DNA of 63,995 bases, the filler included, from Dirinaria sp. TL-2023a (Eukaryota): NCBI GenBank assembly GCA_051941275.1. It is 3 parts of 3 records of this genome, joined end to end, with 100 filler letters (N's around TTAATTAATTAA, not from the genome) between each part and the next. Parts side by side here need not be neighbours in the genome. Positions count along the whole stretch, not along the records: positions 44,326 to 63,995 come from JAVEBF010000320.1; 2 more parts are not named here. One strand, 5' to 3'. A program made the position numbers and the translations under genes. Shown here in pieces: positions 61,105 through 63,995 of this stretch. The notes below the pieces were generated by a model that was given only the letters and a program-made list of their open reading frames with translations, had not been told where the DNA came from and did not search any database. Within the stretch, counting starts at the first letter, position 1. Every line of letters starts with the position of its first letter.

Positions 61105-62988
61105 ATGGATGACCCTTTACCGCCAGACCCTTACAAGGCCTTGGGCATTGCCAAAGACGCCCCCTTGGCCGCTGTCAGGAGTGCTCATCGAAAACTCGTG
61201 CTCCTCTGCCATCCGGACAAAGTGACAGACGAAGCAGCCAAGAAGACCGCAGCCGATAAGTTCCACCTTGTGCAGCAGGCCTACGAGATCCTCAGCGATG
61301 AGTCAAAGAGGCAGCGTTACGATGAGAGGGTCAAGCTGGCCGACTTGCGGGCTGAGATGGGGAAGGACAAGATGGGCTCCCGCATCGTGCCCGAGTTCAC
61401 ACCAAGAGGTACGAGTAAGCCAGCTTTCGAGATGAGAGGGAACGCCGCGTACGAGGAGATCAGGCCCAGACGAACTTATGAAGAGGATGATTATTTCCAG
61501 CCTCGATATCAGGAAGTGCGTCCCAGAAATACTGATCGGTCCTTTGTACAACCGCCACGGAGGACCTCAGGTCGGGGATCGGAGGATAGGAGGAGGGCTA
61601 GGGAGCTGGCCCGAGAGATTGAGGAAGAACGTGATCGTGAGCGTAGGAGGAAAGATGCCGTCAGGGCAGAAGAGAAGGCGGCGCGTTCGGAGCGAAATAA
61701 GAGGAGGGATAAGGATAAGAGACGTGACTACGAGACTAAATCCAGGTCCAAGTATGCTGCGTATGTTGACGACGAGTCCGATTCAGACTCGGATTACACC
61801 GAGCGTGTCTACGCGAGACGTGAGGAGCCACCCAAACGTCGCTACGAGGAGGACCTTCGCAAGAGAGACAGGGAGATACCTATAAGGAGTAGCAAGCGGG
61901 ACGACTACAGTTCCTATGACGACTACGACTCCAAGCATGTCCGGGCGCAAGACTTTGCTCAAGATTACATTGCAAAGTCTCGAAGTTCAATTGAAACCGA
62001 GCCTCGTCGGCCTCCTACTTATACTCGATCGTTTTCTCATGTTGAGCCTCGATCCGTCCAGCCGCCGCCGCCGCCGCCCGTAGTGCCGGATCTTAAACGC
62101 GCTGCTGGACGAGGCCATCCACGTAGAGAACCGAGTCCACCTCCTCGGCTTTCGAAGAAGGATCGACGCAAGACAGATATCAATATCGTGGATCCTCCAT
62201 CGAACGCCAGGCGGGCAAGTGAACGTGAACCTTTTATCATCCCTTCAGATCCAAACGGCTCGAAGGCTTTTGTGAATCCGAGGAGAGGGCCTCCCCGCGC
62301 ACACACTCTAGAGCATACACCCGAGCCCAAGCACCCTTCTCTCATGCGTTCAGGGACGGAGCCGATCGATAGGTCACGTCTTGGTGACAAGGTTCCTTTA
62401 TCTGGCAGAGCCAAGGAGCAACATGATTCGGGTTACTCGAGCCGCTCAAGTCGCGGCACGCCAGATCTTTCACCTTCGGAAAGCCCTCAGCTCAAATCCA
62501 CCCGATGGAGGATCCAGGAGGATTCGGACGATTCCGAGGATGAGATTACTATTGTTCCTGAGCCTGATGGAGGCTACCATCGTGTTCGCGAAGTATCTCC
62601 AAAGGCTCGTCGGCCGCCAACAACTCCTCATTCTGCGTCGACTATGCGCATGCCTCCGATGAGATCAGGCTCCTCCTACACAGTTCCGCTGGAGCAGCCT
62701 CCGACTCCTCGGACAGCACCTGCTTTCATCAGAACCGAGTCGGGGCGACCTGCACAGATGAAGTCTCGCCCATCTGCTCGTGGGGCGCCTCCGCTTTATG
62801 GCGAAGTCCAGCATCCAGAGGAACCCTACCGAGTTGTCAATCAGAGCCCCAGGCTGAAAACGGAAGACGGAAAGCACGTGAATTACTCTCCGCGTAGGGG
62901 TTCGGAGGATATGGATCGTGATGCTTATCCAGGCTCACATCACCGCCCTGGCTTTGCAAGGCATGAGTCCAGAGCTGTCCGTACATAG
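61105..62988 (+). CDS. DnaJ-domain protein with long R/E/S/P-rich disordered C-terminus
   Basis: DPYKALGI...VRSAHRKLVLLCHPDK...FHLVQQAYEILSDESKRQRYD, a J-domain with HPD. Confidence 0.9.
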   Translation: MDDPLPPDPYKALGIAKDAPLAAVRSAHRKLVLLCHPDKVTDEAAKKTAADKFHLVQQAYEILSDESKRQRYDERVKLADLRAEMGKDKMGSRIVPEFTPRGTSKPAFEMRGNAAYEEIRPRRTYEEDDYFQPRYQEVRPRNTDRSFVQPPRRTSGRGSEDRRRARELAREIEEERDRERRRKDAVRAEEKAARSERNKRRDKDKRRDYETKSRSKYAAYVDDESDSDSDYTERVYARREEPPKRRYEEDLRKRDREIPIRSSKRDDYSSYDDYDSKHVRAQDFAQDYIAKSRSSIETEPRRPPTYTRSFSHVEPRSVQPPPPPPVVPDLKRAAGRGHPRREPSPPPRLSKKDRRKTDINIVDPPSNARRASEREPFIIPSDPNGSKAFVNPRRGPPRAHTLEHTPEPKHPSLMRSGTEPIDRSRLGDKVPLSGRAKEQHDSGYSSRSSRGTPDLSPSESPQLKSTRWRIQEDSDDSEDEITIVPEPDGGYHRVREVSPKARRPPTTPHSASTMRMPPMRSGSSYTVPLEQPPTPRTAPAFIRTESGRPAQMKSRPSARGAPPLYGEVQHPEEPYRVVNQSPRLKTEDGKHVNYSPRRGSEDMDRDAYPGSHHRPGFARHESRAVRT

Positions 62989-63139
62989 CGAGGTTCTGCC
63001 CGCCCGTCCTCTAATTTAGATACAACCATGGCCTCATTAGCTTGCTGCCTTGTAGGGATTCGGCTCGGCATAAGTACTGGAGACACGGAAAGGACTGCAC
63101 AGTACATAGAGAGGAAGTTTTTGGTGCTCCAAGAGAAGG

Positions 63140-63830
63140 CCTTTCGCTCCTTGTGTCTTTTTACTACTTTTGAGCTTGCACAATAAGCCAATAGCCAATA
63201 GCCAGACTTGATTCCTTGATTCCTTGATTTTCACTAGTGATTCTGCTTCTGCTTGAGCTCGAAGCGATTGAGTTGTTTGTCTCTCGTCGAGTAAGTAGAA
63301 AGTAAGTAGTGCTGTATTATTATTTCATAAAAGTATCAATGAAAAAAAATTGGCTTCTCATGATGGATATAGCTTAATTTATCATATATGTGCACTTGGT
63401 CAGATTGCGAGTCTAATATATCTACATTCTCTTCTTGATCGATGATGTGTTGGCGGGGCAAAAATATCGAAAACACGAAAAGAAAAAGAATCGCAGTAGT
63501 AGGTACATCAATAAGATAGAGAGTGAAATTTTGAATATTCGTGTTTCAAAAGAGAAAAAAAGAGACTTTCACGCTCCTTGTGTGTGTGCCTTTTGATATA
63601 AGTTTTTGCCCCCCTGTTGGGCCCGGCGGTTGAGGTTGCTCGAAGCGATTGATTGATTTTTTGCCTCTCGAGAGTAGTAGTGCTGTATTATTCATAAGAG
63701 TATCAATGAAAAAAAAAAAAAATTTTTTTTGAAATTTTTCTATGATTGATTGATCATAAGCTAGCTTAGCTTTGTTATGTAGATGCCCCCTTGGACAAGC
63801 AAGGCGTTGGCGAGCTACCTCGATATTCCT
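63140..63830 (+). repeat. Diverged direct duplication of the DnaJ 3' region
   Basis: Colinear shared blocks CGCTCCTTGTGT (~63146/~63572), GCTCGAAGCGATTGA (63257/63638), AGTAGTGCTGTATTATT and AGTATCAATGAAAAAAAA in both copies. Confidence 0.75.
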
Positions 63831-63995
63831 TGACTGACTGGTCTGCGAGATCGACCTCTTTTGACGCCGTCAGTTTGGTACTGCTGCAAATTCCGCGGAA
63901 AGTGAATGAATTTATTTATAATGACGATTTGATATGCCTCGTTTATATTGTTTACACGTTGTTTTGCCATGTATTGTCGATGGCAGGTTGAATTT

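Overview
Intron-containing DNA from a filamentous ascomycete (Pezizomycotina; possibly a lichen-forming Lecanoromycete, which is inference). The window is three contigs joined by artificial N44-TTAATTAATTAA-N44 spacers at 22071-22170 and 44226-44325, so linkage across them is not real. Contig 1: a partial hypothetical gene, a 185-bp MITE with a perfect 8-bp TSD, a quinone-oxidoreductase-like MDR, a BRCT protein, a GH92 alpha-mannosidase with a 10-nt microexon, a decayed Mutator-like element related to the MITE, and a Seb1/MsnA stress factor behind a ~9-kb gene-poor region. Contig 2: an RBM5/10-like G-patch protein, a stand-alone MJ1316 protein, an accessory-looking block (BTB protein, small secreted protein, divergent pantothenate kinase, intronless Rnl2-like RNA ligase, BTB-like hypothetical), then RPS4, a small membrane protein, a three-Myb protein and Rac1. 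Contig 3: Zn2Cys6 factor, NmrA-like protein, MAPEG protein, a disordered hypothetical, glutaredoxin, metallophosphoesterase and a DnaJ protein. Best leads: the RNA ligase with its MJ1316 and PanK neighbours (possible fungal RNA-repair module), a putative AUU-initiated mitochondrial glutaredoxin isoform, and the MULE/MITE family pair.
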